DNA of 23,019 nucleotides from Octopus sinensis (taxonomy: Eukaryota), in assembly GCF_006345805.1 (NCBI RefSeq), contig NW_021836685.1, positions 1-23,019 of the forward strand, in the 5' to 3' direction. A model generated the notes under the pieces. That model was not told the origin of the DNA. It saw only the letters and a program-made list of their open reading frames with translations, and did not search any database. The number at the start of each line of letters is the position of its first letter. Within the stretch, counting starts at the first letter, position 1. Both the position numbers and the translations under genes were made by a program. Shown one piece after another: positions 9,723 to 20,343 of the stretch.

Positions 9723-9956
9723 TTGTGCGTTCGTGTGTGCGTGCGTGTGTGTGTGTGTGTGTGTCTTTTTGTCTCCCCACCATCGATTAACAATTGGTGT
9801 TGGTGTGTTTACGTCTCCGTAACCTAGAAGTTACTTAGATCGCTAGAATAAGTACTAAGTTTGCAAAGAATAAGTCCTGGGGTCGATTTCTTTGACTAAA
9901 GGCAGTGCTCCAGCATGGTCGCAGTCACATGACTGAAACAAATAAAAGAACAGAAT
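8825..9956 (+). mobile_element. SINE group A, split by an insertion in its central (AT)n
   Basis: Head half 8825-8960 (ccgggttcagtcccactgc...gccttgtgagtggatttggtacacggaaactgaaagaagc); tail half about 9760-9956 (taagtcctggggtcgatttc...cagcatggtcgcagtcacatgactgaaacaaataaaagaa). Confidence 0.85.
9058..9580. mobile_element. Palindromic PLE-like remnant carrying a captured inverted copy of 7309-7572
   Basis: 9058-9120 and 9360-9422 are inverted repeats (61/63 match); 9103-9120 and 9352-9369 are direct repeats (17/18); 9119-9353 is the reverse complement of 7309-7572; unique sequence continues to 9580 and is bounded by (AT)n. The structure is directly visible; the PLE identity is inferred. Confidence 0.7.
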
Positions 9957-10025
9957 ATATATACGTATGTGTTTGTGTGTCTGTGTTTGTCCCTCACCAT
10001 CGTTTAACAACCTCTGCGCTGCCCA

Positions 10026-10213
10026 TAGGTATTCCGTTTGTCTTTATGTTCTGAGTTCAAATTCCGCCGAAGTAAACTTAGCCTTTCATCCTTTCGGGAT
10101 CGATTAAATAAGTACCAGTTACGCACTGGGATCGCTGTAATCGACTTAATCCGTTTGTCTGTCCTTGTTTGTACCCTCTATGTTTAGCCCCTTGTGGGCA
10201 ATAAAGAATTAAG
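10026..10213 (+). mobile_element. SINE group B (Meta/MESC-like central domain), 5'-truncated, tail type 1
   Basis: gttctgagttcaaattccgccga...gcctttcatcctttcgggatcgattaaataagtaccagttacgcactggg...aatccgtttgtctgtccttgtttg; preceded by a short group A tail fragment at about 9966-10015. Confidence 0.85.
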
Positions 10214-10220
10214 CATCACT

Positions 10221-10368
10221 AGCCCGTCGGATAAAATGCTTAGCGCCATTGATTTTGTCTTTCATCTCTTCGAGCTCGATAAAATATGTATCCTTTGAAT
10301 ATTGGTGTCGATGTAATTGACTAACGACCTACATCGAAATTGCTGGCCTTGTGTCAAAATTTGAAGTC
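10221..10368 (+). mobile_element. SINE group B, old internally deleted copy, tail type 3
   Basis: aaaatgcttagcg...tctttcatctcttcgagctcgataaaata...gaaattgctggccttgtgtcaaaatttgaa, with the same tail as 21696-21908. Confidence 0.7.
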
Positions 10369-11092
10369 ATTATATTACCATTATGTCCCGGTAGTATGGC
10401 TCGAGTTTCGAACGTTTGTTAAGCTCTCGTCAGTTTCGTTAATAATATGCCAACGTGTTTGTTGAAAAGTACGAAACCATAGAGAAAGAAAATAAATAAA
10501 GGAGAAAATGAAAACATTTGTATAACTTCATAACTGTTAAGAAGCTACAAACGTATCAGAACAGCATGATATTTCAACATATAAGTAAAGTTAAGACTAT
10601 TAACATATTTAAGCTGCTTCTAAATAGCTTTGAAATATGTAAATATGTTTTGGTACACGGATTCTGAAAAAAACAAAAAAAAAAAAAACGAAAAATAGAT
10701 AAAAGAAAAGAAGAGACGCAAAGACACTTTTATTCTGTGTTAGTGTAGTAATATGTATATATTATATTCTTAATTACGAATACGGAATGCGATCGTTTGA
10801 TGTTTTGACATAAATAGATAATCAACAATGAATGATTGATGACAAATGAATACGCGTTCAAATACTCACAGATGTACGCACATACATATCGACAAAAAAA
10901 CAAACTAACACACACATACGTATAAATACACACAAACTCACAACACACGTCTATAATGTAACGAAAGACACAAACTTACAGATGTGTTGATAGCTAAAGG
11001 AAAAGATAGGTAAATAGACAGAGAAAGGACAGTGAAATACAATGAGAGCAAAAGATGAAAAGTACTAAAGACAGGTGTTATATGAATACACT

Positions 11093-11094
11093 CC

Positions 11095-11168
<74 letters not shown>

Positions 11169-11194
11169 GTCTGTCTGTCTGTCTGTCTGTCTGC

Positions 11195-11233
<39 letters not shown>

Positions 11234-11234
11234 G

Positions 11235-11269
<35 letters not shown>

Positions 11270-11351
11270 CCACCACCACCACCACCACCACCACCACCAC
11301 CACCACCACCATCACCATCACCACCACCATCACCATCACCATCACCATCAC

Positions 11352-11383
<32 letters not shown>

Positions 11384-11483
11384 CCACCACCACCACCACC
11401 ACCACCACCACCACCACCACCACCACCACCACCACCACCACCATCACCACCACCATCACCATCACCATCACCATCACCATCAT

Positions 11484-11538
<55 letters not shown>
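11093..11538. repeat. (ATCT)n-(GTCT)n-(CAT/CAC)n-(CAG)n compound microsatellite
   Basis: Direct reading; source of the poly-H, poly-P, poly-G and poly-V ORFs. Confidence 0.95.
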
Positions 11539-11539
<1 letters not shown>

Positions 11540-11742
11540 CGCCGGGTGAAATGCTTAGCGGTATTTCGTCTGCTGTTACGTTCTGAGTTCAAGTTCCGCC
11601 GATGTCGACTTTGTCTTTCATCCTTTCGAAGTCGATAAATTAAATACCAGTTACGCACTGGGGTCGATGTAATCGACTTAATCCGTTTGTCTGTCCTTGT
11701 TTGTTCCCTCTGTGTTTAGCCCTTGTGAGTAGTAAAGAAATA
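11536..11742 (+). mobile_element. SINE group B, tail type 1
   Basis: agcacgccgggtgaaatgcttagcggtatttcgtc...gttctgagttcaagttccgccg...tctttcatcctttcgaagtcgataaat...aatccgtttgtctgtcc. Confidence 0.9.
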
Positions 11743-11910
11743 GGTATTTCGTTTGCCGTTAGGTTTTGAGTTCGAATTCCGCCGAGGTCGACTTTGCCTT
11801 TCATCCTTTGGAGATCGATAAAATTAGTACCAGTTACGTACTGGGGTCGATGTAATCGGCTTAATCCCTTCCCCCCAAATTTGAGGCCTTGTGCTTCCAG
11901 TAGAAAGGAT
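11743..11910 (+). mobile_element. SINE group B, tail type 2, fused head-to-tail to the previous copy
   Basis: ggtatttcgtttgccgtt...gccgaggtcgactttgcctttcatcc...aaatttgaggccttgtgcttccagtagaaaggat followed by (TTC)n to 11995. Confidence 0.9.
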
Positions 11911-12006
11911 TCTTCTTCTTCTTCTTCTTCTTCTTCTTCTTCTTCTTCTTCTTCTTCTTCTTCTTCTTCTTCTTCTTCTTCTTCTTCTTCTTCTTTTATG
12001 GTTCAA

Positions 12007-12202
12007 GGCAGAATCGTTAGCATGCCGGGCAATATGCTTCGCGGTATTTCGCCCGTTGCCACGTCCTGAGTTCAAATTCCGCCGAAGTTGACTTTGCCTT
12101 TCATCCTTTTGGGGTCAATAAATTAAGTACCAGTGAAACACTGGGGTCAATGTAATCGATTTATCCCCACAAATTTCAGGCCTTGTGCTTTTAGTAGAAA
12201 GG

Positions 12203-12204
<2 letters not shown>
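12007..12204 (+). mobile_element. SINE group B, tail type 2
   Basis: ggcagaatcgttagcatgccgggc...gagttcaaattccgccg...gcctttcatccttttggggtcaataaattaagtaccag...tagaaaggat followed by (ATT)n to 12275. Confidence 0.9.
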
Positions 12205-12276
<72 letters not shown>

Positions 12277-12370
12277 TTCCCAATTACAAGGTTCCGAGTT
12301 CAGTCCGACTGCGTGATACCTTGGACAAGTATCTTCTGTTATAGCCTTGGGCCAACCCAAACCTTGTGAA
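12277..12370 (+). mobile_element. SINE group A head fragment
   Basis: ggttccgagttcagtccgactgcgtgataccttggacaagtatcttctgttatagccttgggcc. Confidence 0.8.
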
Positions 12371-13326
12371 TCAAGTAAAGATAAAGCATAAAAGAAGTTA
12401 CATTTATGTATGTATATATATATTATATTAAGAAAATTATATATATATAATATATATATATACTTACTTACTTACTTTGATACTTTGATAGGTTTCGGCC
12501 ATTATTGGCCCAGGCCATGTCTAACTTAATAGCACCACCTGGTGATATATATATATATATATATATAAATTTCGAAAATTGTTTGTTATGGCCGTTCAGT
12601 TTCGTACCTATCAAGCGCTTAGCCGTATAGGCCACACATCAGATTCAAATGGCCATAAGTACATAACTTCTCGACGGCTGGAAGGAGGGAAATATCACGG
12701 GTTGTTAATTTGTAAACAAAACAAATTCCGGAACGAAATTTTACTGTCAACACCTTGGGCGAAGCGGAGTTATCTCCTTAGTTAGGTTCCAGTTATGCTG
12801 AAAATGCCTGATGATGGCTGCATCACTTTAGTTGGCAAAGAGGGAGTTCCATGCTTCTAACATGAATTTACTCTGATGAGGGCACTGGCTAAACATCTCT
12901 CCTACGAGATGGTTAAAGAATGTATTGTTGAACATACTTTATACTTTCTTAAACAGCATGCTAACAAAACTGGTTTGTAACGTGATGTCACTTTTACAGA
13001 ACTACCTTTAGTTACAATATGCACAAAAACATATTCAGTAAAGCTTTTTCAACGAAAACTTATTTTTATACAAAAACTTTTCAGCAATATGTGATATTCT
13101 ATTTGTTTCGTTTGCAAAACTCACCTTGTGAATACATACACTAATATTTTAATAGTTAGGGTGTTATATGAAAACATGTGTTATACCATAAATATAGATA
13201 TGAAATAGAAATATTTACCTCCCATATTAAAAAAATAACTTATTTTACTCAAATCTATCTATCAATCTATCTGTCTGCCTGTCTGTCTGAAGAAACACAT
13301 ACTCATAGGCCTATATACCTATAGGT

Positions 13327-13366
<40 letters not shown>

Positions 13367-13370
13367 GTTT

Positions 13371-13550
13371 TGTACTCTATTTTTTTGTTGTTTAAGAAAA
13401 ATGTCCATTTCCTTGGTTTTGTTTTTATGTTTACGTTTCTCATTGTGTGCGACGTTTTTTGGTGTCCTGTACCCATATATACATGTGTATATACATATAG
13501 ATGTAGGTACGTACATATATGTATCTATATATGCATATGTTTTATTTATT
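13371..13550 (+). repeat. Interspersed repeat, copy 1 of an inverted pair with 20344-20527
   Basis: tgtactctatttttt...aagaaaaatgtccatttccttggttttgt...tttctcattgtg...ggtgtcctgtacccatat...gcatatgttttatttatt matches the reverse complement of 20344-20527. Confidence 0.85.
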
Positions 13551-13617
13551 ATTTTGTTATTATATATATATATATATATATGCACAAATATATACATATA
13601 TATGAGTGTGTGTGTGC

Positions 13618-13653
<36 letters not shown>

Positions 13654-13890
13654 ATGCGTGTGTGTGTGTGTGTATGTGTGTGTGTGTATGTAAATCTTTA
13701 TATATATACATACGTGAGTGTGTATGCGTGTGTGTGCGCACGGAAAAAAGGAAAAGTGTGAACACGAAGCATAATGGGATATAGAGAGAGGACACAACAG
13801 CAAAACAACACATAATTTAACATCAACAATACCAGCGGAAACAATAAGGAAGACTCGTGTTCAGGTCAAGGAATAACCTCTGCTACTCAC

Positions 13891-13926
13891 CCTGACACTG
13901 ATCGTGTTATAATGCTCTGGTTTTGT
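13891..13926 (-). CDS. Candidate 36-nt internal exon (TKPEHYNTISVR, or xQNQSIITRSVSx in the other open frame)
   Basis: Acceptor aatggtttttcag| at 13927 and strong donor AGG|gtgagt at 13890; length divisible by 3; two of three frames open. Confidence 0.45.
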
Positions 13927-14089
13927 CTGAAAAACCATTAAATTTAAGACATGCCATTATAGATTTAACGGTATTGTTGGTGGTGGTTATTCAGTTGGTG
14001 TTCGTGGTGCTATTTATTGTGTGTGATGATAATTCTGGGTTGTGGAGGTAATAATAATAGGGATGCCACATGTGCTTGCTGTTGTAGTA

Positions 14090-14275
14090 GTATTGGTAGT
14101 GGTAGTGAGGTGGTGGTGGTGGTGGTGGTGGTGGTGGTGGTGGCGGCGGTAGTGGTAACGGTTGTGAAAATTACGGTCATAATAAGGGGGTTCGGTGCGC
14201 TATTAGTTATGAAAATGATGATGATGATGGTGATGATGATGATGTTGATGATGTTGTTGATGATGGTGAGAATGA

Positions 14276-14307
<32 letters not shown>

Positions 14308-14396
14308 ATGGTGATGGTGATGATGACGATGATGATGAAGAAGAAGATGATGATGATGATGAGGGTCGTGGTGATGATGGTGGTGATGGTGATGAC

Positions 14397-14434
<38 letters not shown>

Positions 14435-14603
14435 GGAGGATGATGATGGAGGTGGTGGTGGTGGTGATGATGATGGTGGTGATGATGGTGATAGTGATAG
14501 TAATGATAACGATGTGATGATATTGACGATAACGACGACGATGATACTGATGATGATGTTGACGACGATAATGATAATGGTGATGGTACTGATGACGATG
14601 ATA

Positions 14604-14669
<66 letters not shown>

Positions 14670-14940
14670 GTGGTGGTAGTAGTACTAATACTGATAGTGC
14701 GTATGATGGCAGGGTTAGTGGAAGTAATGGTGTAATTGAGTGTGTTGGAAAGGATGGTTGAAACGATGATGATGTCTATGATGATGATGATGATGACAAT
14801 GTTGATGATGATGATGATGGTGACGACGACGATGTTGATGATGATGATGATGATGACGATTATGATGATGATGGCGACGACGACGACGGCGACAATGATG
14901 ATGGATGGATGGATGGTTAATGGTAATGGTGGAGGGTGAC
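14090..14940. repeat. About 850-bp (GAT)n/(GGT)n/(GAC)n trinucleotide mosaic
   Basis: Direct reading; source of the poly-M, poly-V and poly-H ORFs at 14017-15059. Confidence 0.95.
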
Positions 14941-15297
14941 GATCGAGATCGAGGAGTTGATAACGATTGAGGTGGGCGGGGTAGGGTTGGGGGTGGAGTG
15001 GAGGTCGAGGATGCGATGCTGGTGAAGATTATAGATATCGTGCTGGCCTGTGATAGCAAGGGTGTGTTAATGATGATCAGACAGAACGTCAGCTCTGACG
15101 TAATCTCCAGTAAGATGACATCTCCGAAATTTTCGACAGCTCGATATGTCTGAGAGAAGTGTTAGCTTGGAGTCAGCTGGTGGTGGTGGTGGTGGTGAGC
15201 GTTGGTGGGAGGCGAGAGTAGGAGGCGAAAGGATTGCTAGGTGTCAGATATGACGCATTGAATGTGCAGAAAGTTGCTAGTTAAATAATAACACCAT

Positions 15298-15469
15298 AGA
15301 CGCAGGAGTGGCTGTGTGGTAAGTAGCTTGCTTACCAACCACATGGTTCTGGTTTCAGTCCCACTGCGTGGCACCTTGGGCAAGTATCTTCTACTATAGC
15401 CTCGAGCCGACTAAAGCCTTGTGAGTGGGTTTGGTAGACGGAAACTGAAAGAAGCTCGTCGTATATATG

Positions 15470-15532
<63 letters not shown>

Positions 15533-15758
15533 GTATGTGTGTGTGTGTATATGTTTGTGTGTCTGTTGTTTGTCACTCCAACATCGCTTGACGACCGATG
15601 CTGGTGTGTTTACGTCCCCGTAACTTACCGGTTTGGCAAAAGAGACCGATAGAATAAGTAGTAGGCTTACAAAGAATAAGGTCTGGGGTCGATTTGCTCG
15701 ACTAAAGGCGGTGCTCCAGCATGGCCGTAGTCAGATGACTGAGACAAGTAAAAGAGTA
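15298..15758 (+). mobile_element. SINE group A, full-length, best-preserved copy
   Basis: A box tggctgtgtgg, B-box-like ggtttcagtccc, gcaccttgggcaagtatcttctactatagcc, central (AT)n/(GTAT)n/(GT)n, tail ending gcggtgctccagcatggccgtagtcagatgactgagacaagtaaaagag. Confidence 0.92.
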
Positions 15759-16610
15759 ATAGGGTAAAAGAGACCATACATCGTAGAATCTTCCGCAGGC
15801 TTTGTGAACTAAATAATGCATTCGTACGTTTGTATGTCACTCAAAAATTTTCGCCATCGAAATTGTGACTACATGAATGGTCGGGAAACTTTTTAAACCA
15901 ATTACTCCAAAGTATATTTATTTACGCCGCCGTTACCCCCTTGATTTGAAAGGAAAACAATTATAGCCTCTTAAGATTCAAAAGGTTTATTGAATCTATA
16001 AATATGGAGAATACAATTATATATATAAAAAGTATAAAACAAATGCAATAAAATAAATTAATATTCTCATTATGAAACAAAAAGATTTTTCTAGAAACAT
16101 TCTTACTTCAAGTTTTGGAGAAATTATGTCATTTCATTTTTGCTACAATTACATCAAAATTGGGGCATTTTGATACCAGAGCAATTTGGATACAGTCTTT
16201 AGGACCCACTCGATTACTCTGCTCTGTTTTTATGTTCATTAGAGTGGAAAATCCCTGTTTGTAAAGGTAGGTTGTTGCAAAAGGCCGCAACTTTCTGACT
16301 GTCTCCCCAGGGCAGAAGAAAAATCTCTGTCGTAATAATAATAGGTTTTTTATAACTTTTTTTCAACAAATTATATTCATCTGGACGGTCGCATCGATGA
16401 TCTACGGACATTTATGTAAGTAAAATACGTAATATGTTGATAGTGAAACATGTATGCGAATAATCCGTATTTTTATTGCTTTTTCTTTTGTCTTGCCCGA
16501 TTACGTTTTGGTTGTTTTGCTAAATTTTCCTTGAGAACACTTCTTAGTGGTAAGACCATAGCGGATCTATTTCAAGCATAAGGGGGTGTCCACTTAGTGG
16601 TTTCCCTCTA

Positions 16611-16683
<73 letters not shown>

Positions 16684-16748
16684 ATATATATATAATATAT
16701 ATATATATATTATATAATATATATATATAATATATATATAATATATAT

Positions 16749-17124
16749 GGGATCAATGACCCAGTGGTAAGAGCAGGGTACTCGCAGTTTGAGGATCACG
16801 GTTTCGATTCCCAGATGGGCGTTGTGAGTGTTTATTGAGCAAAAACACCTAAAGCTCCACGGGGCTCTGACAGGGCGTGGTGGTGAACCCTGCTGTACTC
16901 TTTCACCACAACTTTCTCTCACTCTTTTGTCCTGTTTCTGTTGTACCTGTATTTGAAAGGGCCAGCCTTGTCACACTCTGTGTCACGCTGAATCTCTCCG
17001 AGAACTACGTTAAGGGTACACGTGTCTGTGGAGTGCTCAGCCACTTACACGTTAATTTCTCGAGCAGGTTGTTCCGTTGATCGAATCAACTGGAACACTC
17101 GTCGTCGTAACCGACGGAGTGCCA
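16749..17124 (+). mobile_element. SINE group C variant (tRNA head, different middle, same tail as 6197-6521), inserted in (AT)n
   Basis: ccagtggtaagagc (A-box region), ggtttcgattccc (B box); 16943-17123 matches the reverse complement of 6199-6379; flanked by (AT)n at 16621-16748 and 17131-17150. Confidence 0.88.
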
Positions 17125-17130
17125 TCATTC

Positions 17131-17172
<42 letters not shown>

Positions 17173-18175
17173 ATAAATGTCTATTAATGTTTGTACAGTT
17201 ATAATAAAATCGATTTTACGTTAATCTGATGGGTTCATTAAACTTTTGCAGAGTACGCACCCATACACACGCGTGCATACACACACACGCACACACACAA
17301 AGACACAAAGATACATATACACACATAGACACATACACACATACATGCATACATACAAACACACAATACACATATGAAAGCGGATATTTGTGTTAGATAT
17401 GAGATATATACGTATTCGCTTTTCCGTAGTTGACGTGAAGAACTAACATTTAGGTTCTTACAGAATTGACATCCAGGTTACGTTTTGTCGTTCATTGTCT
17501 GCCAAGTTCTAGGTGGTGTTATTAGATGATGACAAACATTGTTAATATAACAGCATGATTAGAAATGTATTGGTTTCAAGTTTCTAAAGAACTAGACTAC
17601 CAAAGAACTCATCAACTCTAAAACTGGTGACCACATTGGTACTGAATTATACTTTCTTTGTATTCCATTGAAATATTTTCTTTTTTTCATTTCATTGATT
17701 TCTTTTCGAAATATTTAATTAAAACTGATGATGGAGTAATTAAAGCGAATGTGAAGTGATGAAATCAACTAAATTTTATTCAGACAATAGTATCCTGCAA
17801 CAAAACTTTAAACAGAGAACAAAAAAAGAAAAACTATGTAGATGCCAGCGGCAATTATAGGCTTCAGTTATTTAATCTGTTCCCAATCTGCAAAGACTAT
17901 GTCTATCCAATTAACATCACATCTAGTGATTCCGTCTTGAAACCAGCATCTATTGTTTATACTCATCAATTGCTGTCGCAGTCTGCATTTAAATAATCTT
18001 CATCTCCAGACGGTTGAAATCAAGTCACCAGCTACACACTGTGTCAACATAGTAAACATCTACACAGTATATTATTTTAACTAGATGTGATCTAAAACAT
18101 CTGTCTAATAATATCTAATCCATGCATTTGTCTATCAAGTCAGCATATTCTTAACTACACAAAGTTCACTACAGC

Positions 18176-18246
18176 AACACACACACACACACACACTCAC
18201 ACACACACACACGCACACGCACACACACGCACACACACGCACAGAC

Positions 18247-18298
<52 letters not shown>
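18176..18298. repeat. (CA)n/(CACG)n microsatellite
   Basis: Direct reading. Confidence 0.95.
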
Positions 18299-18300
<2 letters not shown>

Positions 18301-18339
18301 AGTATGTTTTGGGTAAGACTTGAAATTGCATCCGGTAGT

Positions 18340-18455
18340 AGGGTTCTGTTTCGGGGGTTCCATAGTATTGAGGAGTGTGGAACCACTTTTTAGCCACTAT
18401 TCTTACCTGGTCTCTACTGACCCGAAGTAGAAGCACCTGTCAGGGTTCAGCTGTG
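18340..18455 (+). mobile_element. Probable decayed interspersed repeat fragment
   Basis: gagtgtggaaccactttttagccactattcttacctggtctctactgacccgaagtagaagcacctgtcaggg resembles a common octopod repeat recalled from memory; there is no second copy in the window. Confidence 0.3.
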
Positions 18456-18690
18456 GGTTAATCACCATGTCTTGGAACCGCCTCTGGAAGAACACCACTC
18501 ACAAGCAGTTCGAGCCAAATGAAGCCCATCAGCTATATAAAGCTTATCTAAGAGAAGATAACTCAATATTAATGCTGCGTCCTGATAACTACTGAGCTCG
18601 TGGTATATTGTTGCGCTGCTAGAGCAATAGAGGTTTGAAGGACAAGTGTGTGGGATTGACTTTGGACAAACCATGGCTATTATAATAATA

Positions 18691-19112
18691 GGATCTTTTC
18701 GGTTTGAACGGCAGTTTTTTCTAGCGGTGTCATATGAAATTGTCACCCATAATTATGACCCTAGTATCGATCTATTGCATTTCAATCTGTTTTAGGGTTA
18801 GGGTTAGGGGTGGGGGGATGGGTATCTTTTTTTTCTTCACAAATGTAAATAAACCCAATCTGTTTCTTAAACGAGGGACATATTCATACAGCACAGAATG
18901 TTTTTTTTTACCTCAATAGACGTCAGTGATTGGTTGAAATTGCAGAAATTGAAAAAAAAACAACAACAAATATCTTACAAACTATAGAATTTTCTCAATA
19001 AAGCCAAGAGAAAAAGATGTTTTATAAACACATTCTACCAGTATACGAAGTTGGAAATTTTTTAGTTACCTAGAAATTATGTTAAAAACTGCCGTTCAAA
19101 CCGAAAAGATCC
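18691..19112. mobile_element. MITE, 422 bp, perfect 29-bp TIRs, TA target duplication, internal TTAGGG repeats
   Basis: ggatcttttcggtttgaacggcagttttt (18691-18719) and aaaaactgccgttcaaaccgaaaagatcc (19084-19112); TA at 18689-18690 and 19113-19114. Confidence 0.92.
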
Positions 19113-19737
19113 TAATAATATTCAACCGGCAGATGGTTCAGTAAATCGTGACACCACCACCATTTCTTATTTTTTGAACTAACAGAAGTCTATAGCTATG
19201 TCCTGTTAAAAGCTCTATCGTCGGAACGACGAGAAAGTCCACCAGATTTTGTCATTCAGTCACCAACCTCTACATATTGGATATATCTAAGCGACACCTA
19301 AACACAATGTATTTAAACTGACGTGGCAAGGATACTTTATTGTCTTAATGTGCATGCTGTGTGTCTCCAGTTAACATGTGACATCTATCCATCCAGTCAA
19401 CGACTGTACAATGTACCAGCCAATACAGTCAACACACACAGAATGCATATCCTTCTAGTTATTATTTGCCCAATTCAGCGGCCAACGTTTAAACCCTATA
19501 TTTGTCTATCGAACCAACCATATTTACAGTATATTACAGTCTCAATGTATCGAATAAAAATATTCATATTGTGATTCTCAACTCAACAGTAAGTAAATGA
19601 ATGTTCCAAACACCAAAATATCCCCTTCTGTCAGAAGATATCCTTAATAGTTTCTGTTTCAATAATTCATTCGTGTTGCTATCCCAAAATAAAACACACA
19701 CACACACACACACAACACAAACATGCATATACATATG

Positions 19738-19739
<2 letters not shown>

Positions 19740-19807
<68 letters not shown>

Positions 19808-19877
19808 CATAAATACATATATATAATACTATATATATATATTATATATATTATATATATATATAATATATATATCT

Positions 19878-19932
<55 letters not shown>

Positions 19933-20026
19933 GGTCCCGGGTTGATTCGGGGTTAACCACAGTAAATAAAGTACTCAATACATAGCAGAAACAGTTCTAG
20001 TCCTGTAGAAGCTCCTTCTATTATTA

Positions 20027-20118
<92 letters not shown>

Positions 20119-20264
20119 AGTATGTATATATACATACAAGTTTCTGAATGAAAATCGCACTACCCTCAAGAAATCAGTCAAAAAATGATGTGTAAAATTA
20201 CGAAATCACGGTGGTGCTTCAGTATGAACCGTAACCACATAACTGAAACGTGTATATATATATA

Positions 20265-20337
<73 letters not shown>
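19740..20337. repeat. Three long (AT)n tracts with short unique or PLE-like pieces between them
   Basis: (AT)n at about 19740-19928, 20020-20112 and 20252-20337. Confidence 0.9.
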
Positions 20338-20342
<5 letters not shown>

Positions 20343-20343
20343 T

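Noticed and set aside
12660-12785. CpG-rich segment ending gcggagttatctcctt and ORF 12579-12785
   Set aside because: It looks like a DNA-element end, but there is no partner terminus, TSD or recognisable protein in the window.
12893-12935. CTGATGAG followed by a catctc/gagatg hairpin
   Set aside because: No GAAA after the hairpin and no stem I or III; not a supportable ribozyme.
15070-15165. Minus-strand acceptor ctaacacttctctcag| at 15150 (TYRAVENFGDVILLE or HIELSKISEMSSYWRLRQS*)
   Set aside because: No credible donor downstream, the branch motif is very close to the AG, and no peptide is recognised; too weak to call.
16311-16421. Plus-strand acceptor (ctgactgtctccccag) and donor (gtaagt) pair
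   Set aside because: Only one open frame, with AT-rich non-coding-like composition; it conflicts with the better minus-strand candidates.
18792-18810. Interstitial telomere
   Set aside because: Only about three TTAGGG units, located inside a MITE; treated as part of that element.
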